Part shown: piece after piece, positions 7,966 through 16,024 of the stretch
Layout: every line of letters starts with the position of its first letter
Position numbering within the stretch: the stretch's first letter is position 1
Source: Haloferax volcanii DS2
GTDB lineage: Archaea > Halobacteriota > Halobacteria > Halobacteriales > Haloferacaceae
DNA: 32,000 nucleotides
NCBI RefSeq assembly: GCF_000025685.1
Contig: NC_013967.1
Span: forward strand, 2,490,001 to 2,522,000
Reading direction: 5' to 3'
Program-made: the position numbers and the translations under genes
Notes under the pieces: model-generated
The model's database searches: none
The model's input: the letters and a program-made list of their open reading frames with translations, nothing else
What the model was told of the DNA's origin: nothing

Positions 7966-9351
7966 ATGGAACGCGTAGATGTCGCCATCATCGGCGGCGG
8001 TCCGGCCGGCACGTCGGCGGCACACGCCGCGGCCTCGGCCGGGGCCTCCGCCGTGGTCCTCGAAAAGGGCGTCCCCCGAGCAGACCGACCGGGCCTCGGG
8101 CCCGATTCGACGGACGCGGCCGGTATCCTCGACTACTGGGTGGACATCATGGGCATCCACCCCGACGAGTTCCCCGACGCCATCGTGCTCGACATCCTCG
8201 ACCGCGCGGAGTTCATCGGGCCGAACGAGTCGCTGACGCTTCGAAGCACCGGTATCGACTCCTCGTACGACGAGTTCGGCTACACCTTCCACCGCGCGAA
8301 GTTCGACGACTGGCTCCGCAGTCGCGCCGAAGACGCCGGCGCGGAGTACCGCGTGAAAGCCTCCGTGCGCGACGTGGAGACCGACCTCGACGCCGCCGTC
8401 GACGACGCCCGCCACGTCGTCCGCCTCGCCAACGGCGAGGACGTGGGCGCGGAGTTCGTCGTCCTCGCCGACGGCCCCCAGCGGACGGTCACGAACAAGG
8501 TGCTCGACGACCTGCTTCCGTTCCCCATCACGGACCGGCTGTCGTCCACCGAGGCGAACCACATCGCCTATCAGGAGCACCGCGAGTTCCCGCCGGAACT
8601 GTTCGACGAGGTCGACGGCGCAATCAAGTTCTGGTGGGGCTACATGCCCGGCCACACGGCGTACCCGTGGGTGTTCCCGAACGACGACAACGTCTGCCGG
8701 GTCGGTCTCACGATGCCAATCGGCCTCGATATCGACGAGGTCGACGACCGCGATGCGTACGCGCTCCTCCGCGAGGACGACGAGCGCATCCCGCAGGGCC
8801 GCGAGTACGTCCGCCGCCTCCTCGAACAGGAGTACGGCGACGAGTACGACATCGACGAGGACTTCCCGCTCGTCGAGGACCGCGGGAAGACGAAGGGGAC
8901 CGAGACGTACGCCATCTCCTCGACGCGACCCATCGACTCGCCCGCGGAAGCCGGAATCGCCGTCACCGGCGGCGCGATGGGCGCGACCTCCGCCTTCCAC
9001 GAGGGCGGCGACCACGTCGCCGTCCGGACAGGGGCCATCGCCGGCGAGCTCGCCGCCGAGGGCGACCTGAGCGACTACAACGAGCGCTGGAAGGAGGCCA
9101 TCGGCGACGAGATTCTCCGCAACGTCGCCATGGCCGAAATCGTCCACGACTACGGCCCCGCCCAGTGGGACAAGACGTTCAAGGCGGCCCGGAAACTCCT
9201 CGAAAAGGACGAGGGCTACAAGGCGTTCGGGGCCGCGAAGCTCAGCGCCGGGTTCAGCGCCGCCAAACTCGCCACGCAGTACCAGCGAACGAAAGTGAAG
9301 TACCGCAAGGGCAAGTACGTCCAACTGCGCGAAGACGAGTACGCGTTGTAG
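7966..9351 (+). CDS. Geranylgeranyl-reductase-family FAD-dependent oxidoreductase
   Basis: I trimmed the 522-aa track ORF to the ATG at 7966, giving MERVDVAIIGGGPAGTSAAHAAA... (an FAD GxGxxG fingerprint at the N-terminus). A TATA 'tttaata' lies 24 bp upstream. The product is 461 aa. Confidence 0.85.
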   Translation: MERVDVAIIGGGPAGTSAAHAAASAGASAVVLEKGVPRADRPGLGPDSTDAAGILDYWVDIMGIHPDEFPDAIVLDILDRAEFIGPNESLTLRSTGIDSSYDEFGYTFHRAKFDDWLRSRAEDAGAEYRVKASVRDVETDLDAAVDDARHVVRLANGEDVGAEFVVLADGPQRTVTNKVLDDLLPFPITDRLSSTEANHIAYQEHREFPPELFDEVDGAIKFWWGYMPGHTAYPWVFPNDDNVCRVGLTMPIGLDIDEVDDRDAYALLREDDERIPQGREYVRRLLEQEYGDEYDIDEDFPLVEDRGKTKGTETYAISSTRPIDSPAEAGIAVTGGAMGATSAFHEGGDHVAVRTGAIAGELAAEGDLSDYNERWKEAIGDEILRNVAMAEIVHDYGPAQWDKTFKAARKLLEKDEGYKAFGAAKLSAGFSAAKLATQYQRTKVKYRKGKYVQLREDEYAL

Positions 9352-9362
9352 CCGACGGAAGA

Positions 9363-9368
9363 GTTATC
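9363..9368 (+). promoter_or_regulatory. TATA-like element for the Tat lipoprotein gene
   Basis: 'gttatc' lies 26 bp upstream of the ATG at 9394. Confidence 0.35.
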
Positions 9369-9393
9369 GGTTTCTCCGAAGCTCTGTTAGTCG

Positions 9394-9837
9394 ATGGCCG
9401 GTCGACCCTCTCGGCGTCAGCTGCTCCGCCGCGGAGCCGTCGCCGTCGGCGTCGGACTGACCGGCGCGCTCGCGGGCTGTTCGTCGCTTCGAGGCTGTTC
9501 GTCGGCCGAAATCTTCCTCCGGGCGGAACTGGTCGGAACGGCACCCGAGGAGGCGACCGTCGTCGACGCCGCCGACCCGCGGGTCGCAAACAGCCCGTGG
9601 GTGCTGAAGGTGGTCGAGGCGGCCGCCGAGGGCCACCCGCGCGAGTCCAGCGTCACCGACTGTCTGAGCGACTACGACGCCCTCCGCGCGGACCTCGACG
9701 CGCTCCCGTCGGTCGACCGGTCCGAAGACCGTCTCTACTACGTCCGCGTCGACGGGCAGGTCGTCCGGCTTCGGGCCGTCTTCTTCGCCGGCGACGACGC
9801 CCGCCGGTCGGAACTCGTTTTACCCCCGGCGCGCTAG
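9394..9837 (+). CDS. Tat-secreted lipoprotein, function unknown
   Basis: 147 aa. There is a twin-arginine motif (SRRQLLRRG) followed by a lipobox (LAGC). A TATA-like 'gttatc' sits 26 bp upstream. Confidence 0.7.
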   Translation: MAGRPSRRQLLRRGAVAVGVGLTGALAGCSSLRGCSSAEIFLRAELVGTAPEEATVVDAADPRVANSPWVLKVVEAAAEGHPRESSVTDCLSDYDALRADLDALPSVDRSEDRLYYVRVDGQVVRLRAVFFAGDDARRSELVLPPAR

Positions 9838-10140
9838 GATCGGGTGCGTACCTCAAGTCCCCGGCCGAGTGTTCCCGCTTCGGGAGCGATGACAGCACGG
9901 CGAACCCGGGTGCGCAATAGCTACTGGCCGGCTGACGCCGGCGTACTTCGGAACGTCTGCGCCCGAAAGACGGACCGCCCGGCACGAGGGTTTCCCGGTC
10001 GACGCGGCACGCCGCCTCGGGATGAGACCGGCCGTTAGTGTTCTGGGCGACACCTTCACTCGGCGAGCGGCGTCGCTGATTGTCGGCGGTCCCCAGTCCG
10101 GCCCGCGAGTGTGACGAATCAGAACCTCCGCGAGCGACCG
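9838..10140. other. 303-bp GC-rich spacer without a credible ORF, between convergent genes (candidate ncRNA, long 3'UTRs or a gene remnant)
   Basis: Only two mutually antisense ORFs (64 and 68 aa) cover it. Both are basic and Arg/Pro-rich with weak GC3 bias, unlike the acidic proteome here. The spacer has many local GC hairpins and no oligo-T tract longer than 3. Confidence 0.3.
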
Positions 10141-11757
10141 CTATCGGTCCCCGAACGTACCGGACCGTCCACCGAGAGCCACGAGTATCGCCCGGCGGTA
10201 GCGGGCGGCCAACGCCGTCACTACGAGCCGGTCGCGGTCGTTGACGCCGAGGGCGACGAGCGCGCCCACGTACGTCACCACGCCCAGCGCCGCGCCGGCG
10301 ACGACGACGAGTCCGCCGGTCCCGGCTCCGACCAGCGTCTCGCGGACGAGGAACATGACGCCGGCCGCGGCGACGCCCGCGCCGAGGGGTTTGAGAAACG
10401 TCGCGTCGAAGGGCCACAGCCCCTCGAAGCGCCGCAGGAGGACGACCTGACCCGAGTTCTGGACGGCGATGGCGACGGCCGTGCCCAGCGCCGCGCCGGC
10501 GAGGCCGAACGCCCGGACGAACGCGAACGTGAGGAGCGTGTTGAGGACGGCCAGAAGCCAGTCGAGCGCCATCCGGGCGTACTGGTGGTCGGTCATCATG
10601 AGCAGCCACCCCGTCGCGCCGACGGCACTGCCGACTAACACGCCGCCGAGGTAGATGACGAGCGGGACGTAGCCCGCCGCGAAGTTCGGCCCGAACGCGG
10701 AGAGAATCGACCGCCCGTACACCGCGAGCACGGCGAGAATCGGAACGACGCAGGTGACGATGAGCCGCGTCACCGCCGTGTACACCGCGTTGAGCGTCTC
10801 CATCTCGTCGTCTGCGTAGAGTCCCGACGCGACCGGCGGCAGGAGCATGTTAAACGAGAGGAGCGGAATCCACGCCAGCGTCACCAACACGAGCACGACG
10901 TTGTAGACGCCCGCCGCCGTCGCGGTCAGGAGGAAGCCGACGAGCATCACGTCGACGCGGTTCTGGAACACCTTGCCGAGGCTGCTCAGCGCGATGGGCG
11001 CGGAGTGGTTGTAGAACCGCCGGGCCTCGGAGCGCAGGCCGCCGACGGACGGTCGGATTCCGCTCGCCGAGACGACCATCGGAAAGCCGAGTACCGCGAG
11101 TCCGGCCATGCCGACGACGAACGCGGCGGCGACGCCGACCAGCGAGTACCCGAGCGCCATCGCACCCACGGCACCGACCAGCTTGACCGCCGGGCGGAGG
11201 ACGCGATTGAAAAGCGCCTCGCCGCGGGCCGACTGCACGGCTCTGAGGACGCCGGCGTGAATCCGCACCACGCCGACGAGGACGACCAGCGCCGCGAACA
11301 GGTGTATCGTCGGCGGGAAGTCGGGGTGCGAGACCGTCGCGCCGTTGAGCCGCCCGCTCGTGAGCACCAACCCGCCGGCGAGTCCGAGCCCGACCGCGAG
11401 AGTCGTGAGATACGCCAGTGCCACCACTCGCCCCCGTCGCTCGGGGTCGTCGTCGTCCGCGGAGAGATACCGCTGGAGCGTCCCGACCGACCCGAAGTTC
11501 ACGAGGCGAAACAGGAGTTGCGAGATGCGCCACGCGAACGCGTAGACGCCGTAGGCGACCGGGCCGAGGCCCTGCGCGAGGGCGTACTCGGTCGCCGTCG
11601 TCAGCGCCCGCTGGAGCGACTGCCCGCCGGAGGCGACGACCGCGCCGTGCCCGATGGTCAACAGCGCCTCGCGCTCGTCGTCGGGGATGTCGGCGTCGGG
11701 CGCGGCGTCGGGACTCCGGTCGTCGGAACCGTCGGCGTCGGATGTATCGGAGGGCAC
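10141..11757 (-). CDS. MOP-superfamily oligo/polysaccharide flippase (Wzx/RfbX-like)
   Basis: 538 aa. It has an acidic N-terminal tail followed by roughly 12-14 hydrophobic helices in the typical flippase pattern. There is a GTG start 30 bp downstream of 'cttatttt' on the minus strand. Confidence 0.85.
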   Translation of the reverse strand: MPSDTSDADGSDDRSPDAAPDADIPDDEREALLTIGHGAVVASGGQSLQRALTTATEYALAQGLGPVAYGVYAFAWRISQLLFRLVNFGSVGTLQRYLSADDDDPERRGRVVALAYLTTLAVGLGLAGGLVLTSGRLNGATVSHPDFPPTIHLFAALVVLVGVVRIHAGVLRAVQSARGEALFNRVLRPAVKLVGAVGAMALGYSLVGVAAAFVVGMAGLAVLGFPMVVSASGIRPSVGGLRSEARRFYNHSAPIALSSLGKVFQNRVDVMLVGFLLTATAAGVYNVVLVLVTLAWIPLLSFNMLLPPVASGLYADDEMETLNAVYTAVTRLIVTCVVPILAVLAVYGRSILSAFGPNFAAGYVPLVIYLGGVLVGSAVGATGWLLMMTDHQYARMALDWLLAVLNTLLTFAFVRAFGLAGAALGTAVAIAVQNSGQVVLLRRFEGLWPFDATFLKPLGAGVAAAGVMFLVRETLVGAGTGGLVVVAGAALGVVTYVGALVALGVNDRDRLVVTALAARYRRAILVALGGRSGTFGDR

Positions 11758-11786
11758 TGTCGCGTCTCTGTCGCTTGTCGAGGTCG

Positions 11787-11794
11787 AAAATAAG
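11787..11794 (-). promoter_or_regulatory. TATA box for the flippase gene
   Basis: The minus strand reads 'cttatttt', 30 bp upstream of the GTG at 11757. This suggests the flippase has its own promoter, separate from the upstream respiratory operon. Confidence 0.4.
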
Positions 11795-11832
11795 TCGCCT
11801 GATTCGCCCGCGAGTCACCACCGCGCCCGCGG

Positions 11833-12309
11833 TCAGTCCCGACGCGAGGCGAGCGCGAGCCAGCCACCGCCGGCGACGATGCCGAGGATGCCGAGCAGTC
11901 CGAGAGGGCCGGAGAGCCCGAACAGCGTCGCCGCGAGGCGGTACGAGCCGGCGGCCCGGAGGGCGACGCCGGCGGCCGCGACGCCGAACGCCGAGAGCCA
12001 GAGCGCGCCGCCCAGCCGAGCCAGCCGACTGCGCCACAGGCGCTTTGCGAGACTCGTGAGCGGTCGTCGGGGGAGGTCGTCGGGGGGGTCGGCTGCCGGG
12101 GCGGCGTCGTCTCCGCGGTCGTCGTCGGGTGGGGCCTCGCGGGGCGAGAGAAACGCGGTCCCGACGCCGACGACGAAGCCCGCGAGGCCGACGGCGAGCG
12201 AGTGCGGGGCCGCGGCCCCGTTGAGCGCGGCGGCTATCGCCACGAGGCCGACGAGCTTCGAGCCGGCGTCGACGAGGCGGAACGCGCGGGGCGAGAGTGG
12301 AACGTTCAT
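11833..12309 (-). CDS. Membrane protein (about 4 TM) with an acidic central loop; last gene of the Rieske/cytochrome b operon
   Basis: 158 aa, starting 37 bp downstream of the cytochrome b stop. It is hydrophobic at both ends, has the loop PPDDDRGDDAAPAADPPDD, and contains no cysteine. Confidence 0.6.
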   Translation of the reverse strand: MNVPLSPRAFRLVDAGSKLVGLVAIAAALNGAAAPHSLAVGLAGFVVGVGTAFLSPREAPPDDDRGDDAAPAADPPDDLPRRPLTSLAKRLWRSRLARLGGALWLSAFGVAAAGVALRAAGSYRLAATLFGLSGPLGLLGILGIVAGGGWLALASRRD

Positions 12310-12346
12310 AGTCGAAGTCGGAGTCGGCGGGTCGCGAGCCTGTGCG

Positions 12347-13771
12347 TCAGCCGGCGGTGCCGAGTCGGCGCTTGCGACGTTTGAGGAGCCAGTAGACGAC
12401 GGCGAAGTCGAAAAGCGGCATCCCCACGGTCAGCGCGACGAGCCACGGGTAGAGGACGGCGTCGGAGACGCCCAACACGGCGGCGACGGTGGCCCGCATC
12501 CCGTCGATAGAGAGGACGATGATGAGCATGACGGCCGCGACGCCGAGGGCCGTCTGGAGCGGTCGGTCGAGCGGGTCGGCGGTGAAGTGGACCGGGTGTT
12601 CGGGGTTATCGAGGAGCGGCCAAATCATCATCACGCCGATGATGAGCGAGGGGACGACGACGCCGCCGGCGAACCGGCCCCACTCGCCGAGCCACGAGGG
12701 CATCATCTTCAGCGAGCCGAACACCCACATGAAGAACCAGTCCGGGCCGACGTGCGAGGGCGTCGACGTGGGCGTCGCCGGGCCGATGGCGGCGATGCGC
12801 TGAACCGGGAAGAAGCCCGCGAGGAAGGCGACGGTCGCGGCCGTCAGGAGGAAGACGATAGTCGAAACGAGGAACTGCTGGGGGAAAAGCGGCATACCGA
12901 CGACGACGCTGTCGTCATCGCCGTCGGGGCGGCCCTCGCCGCGGGAGCTCGGCGCGTGTTCGGTGTGTTTCTGCCGCATCAACACGGCCATGTGGAGGAC
13001 GATAGCGCCGACCAGCGCGGCCGGGATGAGAAAGACGTGGAGGAAGAACATCCGCGGGATGACCTGGTCGGCTCCCGCCGGGAACGCCCCGCCGAAGACG
13101 AGCGACTGCAAGAACGAGCCGACGCCGGGAATCGTGCCGGTCATCTGGAAGCCGATGGTCGTCGCGGTCTTGCTGAAGTTGTCGTAGGGGAGCGCGTAGC
13201 CGAAAAAGCCCTCCACGAGGGCGAACAGGAGGAGGGTGCTCCCGATGAACCAGTTCGGCTCGTGGGGGTTGCGGTACGCGCCCGTGAAGAAGACGCGGAA
13301 CATGTGCAGGGCGATTGCGGCGATAAAGAGGTACGCCGCCCAGTGGTGCATCATGCGTGCGAACATCCCGAAGGTGGTGTCGTAGGTGATGTGCAGGACG
13401 CTCGCGAACGCCGCTGGAACCTCCGTGCCGGCGTACTGGAGCGCGTTGCCCTCGTAGGTGACGCTGTTGACCGCCGGGTTGTACAGGAGGCCGAGGAACG
13501 TCCCCGTCAGCCCGAGGATGACGAAGGTGAAAAGCGCGATTTCGCCGAGGAGGAACGAACCGTAGTCGTCCTCCGGGAACGCCTTGCCGAGGAGCGTGTG
13601 GTCCAGTTCGAGCCGCTGGTCCAGCCAGTCGAACAGGGCGTTTCTGGGGTACGCCTCGTGGGTCCGGACCGTCAGGTCGGTCTCCGGGAGGTCGCCGCCC
13701 GCCTCGCCGCCGTCCGACCGCGCGTCGGGTCGGTCGTCGCCGGAGCCGTCGTTCGGTGCTGTCCCCGTCAT
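12347..13771 (-). CDS. Cytochrome b (fused b6 plus subunit-IV-like length) of a bc/b6f-type complex
   Basis: 474 aa. The heme ligand pairs are H-x13-H in HHWAAYLFIAAIALH and H-x14-H in HVFLIPAALVGAIVLH. The Qo-site motif reads PDWF. The sequence YRNPHEPNWFIGSTLLL...GYALPYD is typical of cytochrome b. Confidence 0.9.
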   Translation of the reverse strand: MTGTAPNDGSGDDRPDARSDGGEAGGDLPETDLTVRTHEAYPRNALFDWLDQRLELDHTLLGKAFPEDDYGSFLLGEIALFTFVILGLTGTFLGLLYNPAVNSVTYEGNALQYAGTEVPAAFASVLHITYDTTFGMFARMMHHWAAYLFIAAIALHMFRVFFTGAYRNPHEPNWFIGSTLLLFALVEGFFGYALPYDNFSKTATTIGFQMTGTIPGVGSFLQSLVFGGAFPAGADQVIPRMFFLHVFLIPAALVGAIVLHMAVLMRQKHTEHAPSSRGEGRPDGDDDSVVVGMPLFPQQFLVSTIVFLLTAATVAFLAGFFPVQRIAAIGPATPTSTPSHVGPDWFFMWVFGSLKMMPSWLGEWGRFAGGVVVPSLIIGVMMIWPLLDNPEHPVHFTADPLDRPLQTALGVAAVMLIIVLSIDGMRATVAAVLGVSDAVLYPWLVALTVGMPLFDFAVVYWLLKRRKRRLGTAG

Positions 13772-13772
13772 C

Positions 13773-14426
13773 TCATTCCTCCGTCCCTATCGGTCCCTCG
13801 AACGGCCCCGTTGCGAGCAGGAGCGTCCCGTCCTCGTCGTCGGCGATACCGAGGGGAAGCTGCGGGAGCGACCGCGAGGCCGGGCCGCCGGTCACGGACG
13901 CGCCCTTCGTCGGGTCGTAGAGGCTCCCGTGACAGGGACACCGAAGCTCGGAGCCCTGGTCGCCGGCGACGAGACAGCCCTCGTGGGTACAGACCTTCGA
14001 GTAGGCCACGTAGCCCTTGGCCGTCCCCTCGATGTTCGTGGGCGCTTCGTACTCGTCTTCGGGGAAGCGAAGCAGGAGCGTGGTCGCGCGCTTGGTGACG
14101 AGCGCGCCGCCGCCTTCCTTCTCCGGAAAGACGTCCATCTTGTCGAACTCGTCGGTCGAGAGCGCGTCGGCGGCGGTCAGGGGGTTGCCGTCCCTGTCGA
14201 CGAGGCGGGTTCCCTCGACGTAGAGCGTCTCGTTTCCGGTGTCGAGGCTACCGGGAAGCCCGGCCGCGTAGTCGACGCCGAAGCTTCCGATGGCGGCCGC
14301 GCCGCCGATGCCGGCGAGGAGCTTCGCCATGTTTCGCCGCGTCAGTTCGTCGTCGCTCTGCGGGATGTCCGGGGCGTCTGTGTCGGTGTCGGTCTCAGTG
14401 TCGGTGTTGGTGGTGCGTTTGCTCAT
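13773..14426 (-). CDS. Rieske [2Fe-2S] protein with a Tat signal
   Basis: I trimmed the 403-aa track ORF to the ATG (rc of 14424-14426), giving MSKRTTNTDTETDTDTD...TRRNMAKLLAG (the twin-arginine motif). The cluster boxes CTHEGC and CPCHGS are present. Its stop is 1 bp from the cytochrome b start. Confidence 0.9.
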   Translation of the reverse strand: MSKRTTNTDTETDTDTDAPDIPQSDDELTRRNMAKLLAGIGGAAAIGSFGVDYAAGLPGSLDTGNETLYVEGTRLVDRDGNPLTAADALSTDEFDKMDVFPEKEGGGALVTKRATTLLLRFPEDEYEAPTNIEGTAKGYVAYSKVCTHEGCLVAGDQGSELRCPCHGSLYDPTKGASVTGGPASRSLPQLPLGIADDEDGTLLLATGPFEGPIGTEE

Positions 14427-14440
14427 GTCCGTGCGGGTGG

Positions 14441-15040
14441 TCAGTGGTCTCTGGTCTCTGCGACGGTGATGCTCGGGACGAAGTACGCCGTGTACGCGAG
14501 GACGGTCAGCGCGAGCGAGAGGAACAGCATCCCGGCGTAGGTGCCGAGGAACTGCGTCCGCGCCGGGCCGAGCCCCTCCAGCGCGAGGAGGGCGGCGAAC
14601 GACACGTCCACCCACGAGAGGAGCGCCACGACGAGCAGTCCGGTCCGCGACGACACGGCCGGGACGTAGTCGAGAATGCGCCGGGACTCGGTCTCCATGT
14701 ACGGGGGGACGGAGACGGTCGCGTGGCCGCCGTCGGCGACGACGGAGTCGCCGAGGTGGCTGATGCGGTCGAGGAACCGCTTTGTCCCGACCATCACGCC
14801 GACCATCCCGAGCAGCGCGACCCACGCGACGACGCCGGCCTGATTGACGCCGACTTCGACCGGGCCGGGGAGGTAGCCGCTCGCGGGCTGGAGGTCGGAC
14901 GAGGTGTTGACGGCGACCGGCTCCGCGCCGGTGCCGACGCCGATACCCCCGCCTTCGGTCCCGCTCGTCAGCGCGACGTACCACATCGGGAGCAGTACGA
15001 CCGCGATGAGGAGCAGGATGACTGCGGTTTCACGCCGCAT
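14441..15040 (-). CDS. Membrane protein (4 TM), first gene of the Rieske/cytochrome b operon, function unknown
   Basis: 199 aa, ending 14 bp upstream of the Rieske start. It has four hydrophobic helices, no cysteine and no CxxCH motif. Confidence 0.65.
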   Translation of the reverse strand: MRRETAVILLLIAVVLLPMWYVALTSGTEGGGIGVGTGAEPVAVNTSSDLQPASGYLPGPVEVGVNQAGVVAWVALLGMVGVMVGTKRFLDRISHLGDSVVADGGHATVSVPPYMETESRRILDYVPAVSSRTGLLVVALLSWVDVSFAALLALEGLGPARTQFLGTYAGMLFLSLALTVLAYTAYFVPSITVAETRDH

Positions 15041-15277
15041 CGGTTCTCACCGCCGAACGTCGGGTCGGATTCACCACGGATTTCATGAATGTACCAATAG
15101 ACTTACCTAATTGTCACTGCCGGATTGACGCTCCCACGACTGTGGGCCGACCGCGGATTCGCGGGAGCGACGATGCCACGTAAGCGTTCAGACGAGCGGT
15201 TATTTGTCTTTCTGTTTCGGAATGTTCGAGAACCAACAGAACTACAAGACAGTAGACGAACGGTCAGATAGTAGGCA

Positions 15278-15293
15278 GTATTAGCGGTAATAC
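15278..15293. promoter_or_regulatory. Palindrome gtatta-gcgg-taatac upstream of the halocyanin gene
   Basis: Perfect 6-4-6 inverted repeat 17-32 bp upstream of the ATG at 15310, where a TATA/BRE would be expected for a leaderless mRNA. Confidence 0.35.
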
Positions 15294-15309
15294 GAACTCA
15301 AACACCATT

Positions 15310-15996
15310 ATGAACAGACGAACGTTCATGAAAAATATCGCGGGTGGAGTCGCCGTCCTCGGAGCGTCGACGGGCGTCACCAGGGCGTCGAACGAGAACT
15401 CGACCGCCGAGTCCGGCGGCGGTACAGACGCCGGCGGCGGTTCGGGCGGCGGCGGTTCGACCACCTATACTATCCAGATGGTGACAGAAGATGGGGAGTA
15501 CTATTTCGACCCCGTCGGACTGCACGTCGACCCCGGCGACACCGTCGAGTGGGTCCTCGAAAGCGGCGACCACTCCGCGACGGCCTACGCCGAGTCGAAT
15601 CAGGCCGAACAGCGCATCCCGGCGGACGCGTCCGGTTTCGACAGCGGCCTCTTGGAGGAGACCGGCGCGAGCTTCTCGTACACCTTCGAAGCCGAGGGCA
15701 CCTACGACTACTTTTGTAGCCCGCACAAGCAGCTCGGGATGGTCGGTCGGGTCGTCTGCGGCGACCCCGGCGGGCCGGCCGAGGAGGGAGCGATTCCGAA
15801 CGAGCCGGGGTCCGGTCTCATGCCCGGGTCGGGAGACATCGTCGAGGCGGGGTCGCTGTCGTATCCCTACGTCCCGAGCGGCGGGTCCTCGGGGTCGCTC
15901 CCGTGGCAGTTCTGGGCCGCGGCGGGCGGGCTCGGGACCGCCGTCGTCGCGATGGTCTCCAAGTACGACCGGGCGTCGGGCCGTTACAGCGAGTAA
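15310..15996 (+). CDS. Halocyanin (type-1 blue copper protein) with a Tat signal and a C-terminal membrane anchor
   Basis: 228 aa. The N-terminus MNRRTFMKNIAGG carries the Tat motif. The copper ligands are H (GDHSATAY) and C-x2-H-x4-M (FCSPHKQLGM). The C-terminal segment FWAAAGGLGTAVVAMV is hydrophobic. Confidence 0.85.
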   Translation: MNRRTFMKNIAGGVAVLGASTGVTRASNENSTAESGGGTDAGGGSGGGGSTTYTIQMVTEDGEYYFDPVGLHVDPGDTVEWVLESGDHSATAYAESNQAEQRIPADASGFDSGLLEETGASFSYTFEAEGTYDYFCSPHKQLGMVGRVVCGDPGGPAEEGAIPNEPGSGLMPGSGDIVEAGSLSYPYVPSGGSSGSLPWQFWAAAGGLGTAVVAMVSKYDRASGRYSE

Positions 15997-16024
15997 GCCG
16001 GGTCGCCCGCGGTTCGGATTCAGG

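Noticed and set aside
7696-9324. 542-aa minus-strand ORF opposite the geranylgeranyl-reductase-family gene (and similar antisense ORFs at 10850-12037, 22117-23151, 28002-29168 and 30708-31781)
   Set aside because: All are antisense to genes with clear cofactor or active-site motifs, and all have shadow-ORF composition.
9844-10059. 64-aa plus-strand and 68-aa minus-strand ORFs in the spacer
   Set aside because: Both are basic and Arg/Pro-rich, with GC3 well below that of neighbouring genes. They are mutually antisense and have no promoter-like element at the right distance.
9838-10140. SRP (7S) RNA, RNase P RNA, a tRNA or a C/D-box sRNA in the long convergent spacer
   Set aside because: There is no GGUCCGGAAGG/AGCAGC-type SRP helix-8 motif, no GAGGAAAGUCC RNase P CR-I motif and no GTTCRAATC T-loop with a matching stem. 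The best C-box-like string (gggatgaga, about 10019) has a mismatch at the conserved U and no convincing C'/D' pair. The region is kept only as an unassigned candidate.
11654-14098. 814-aa plus-strand ORF across the flippase 5' end, the 158-aa gene, cytochrome b and the Rieske gene
   Set aside because: It is antisense to genes with clear heme-ligand and Rieske motifs. Its composition (R/G/E/D/A runs) is not protein-like. It is a shadow ORF.
15085-15280. Two ~32-codon ORFs (MNVPIDLPNCHC... and MPRKRSDERLFVF...) in the AT-rich spacer
   Set aside because: Both have low GC3, a non-acidic composition and no zinc-finger CPxCG pattern. They most likely arise by chance in AT-rich promoter DNA.
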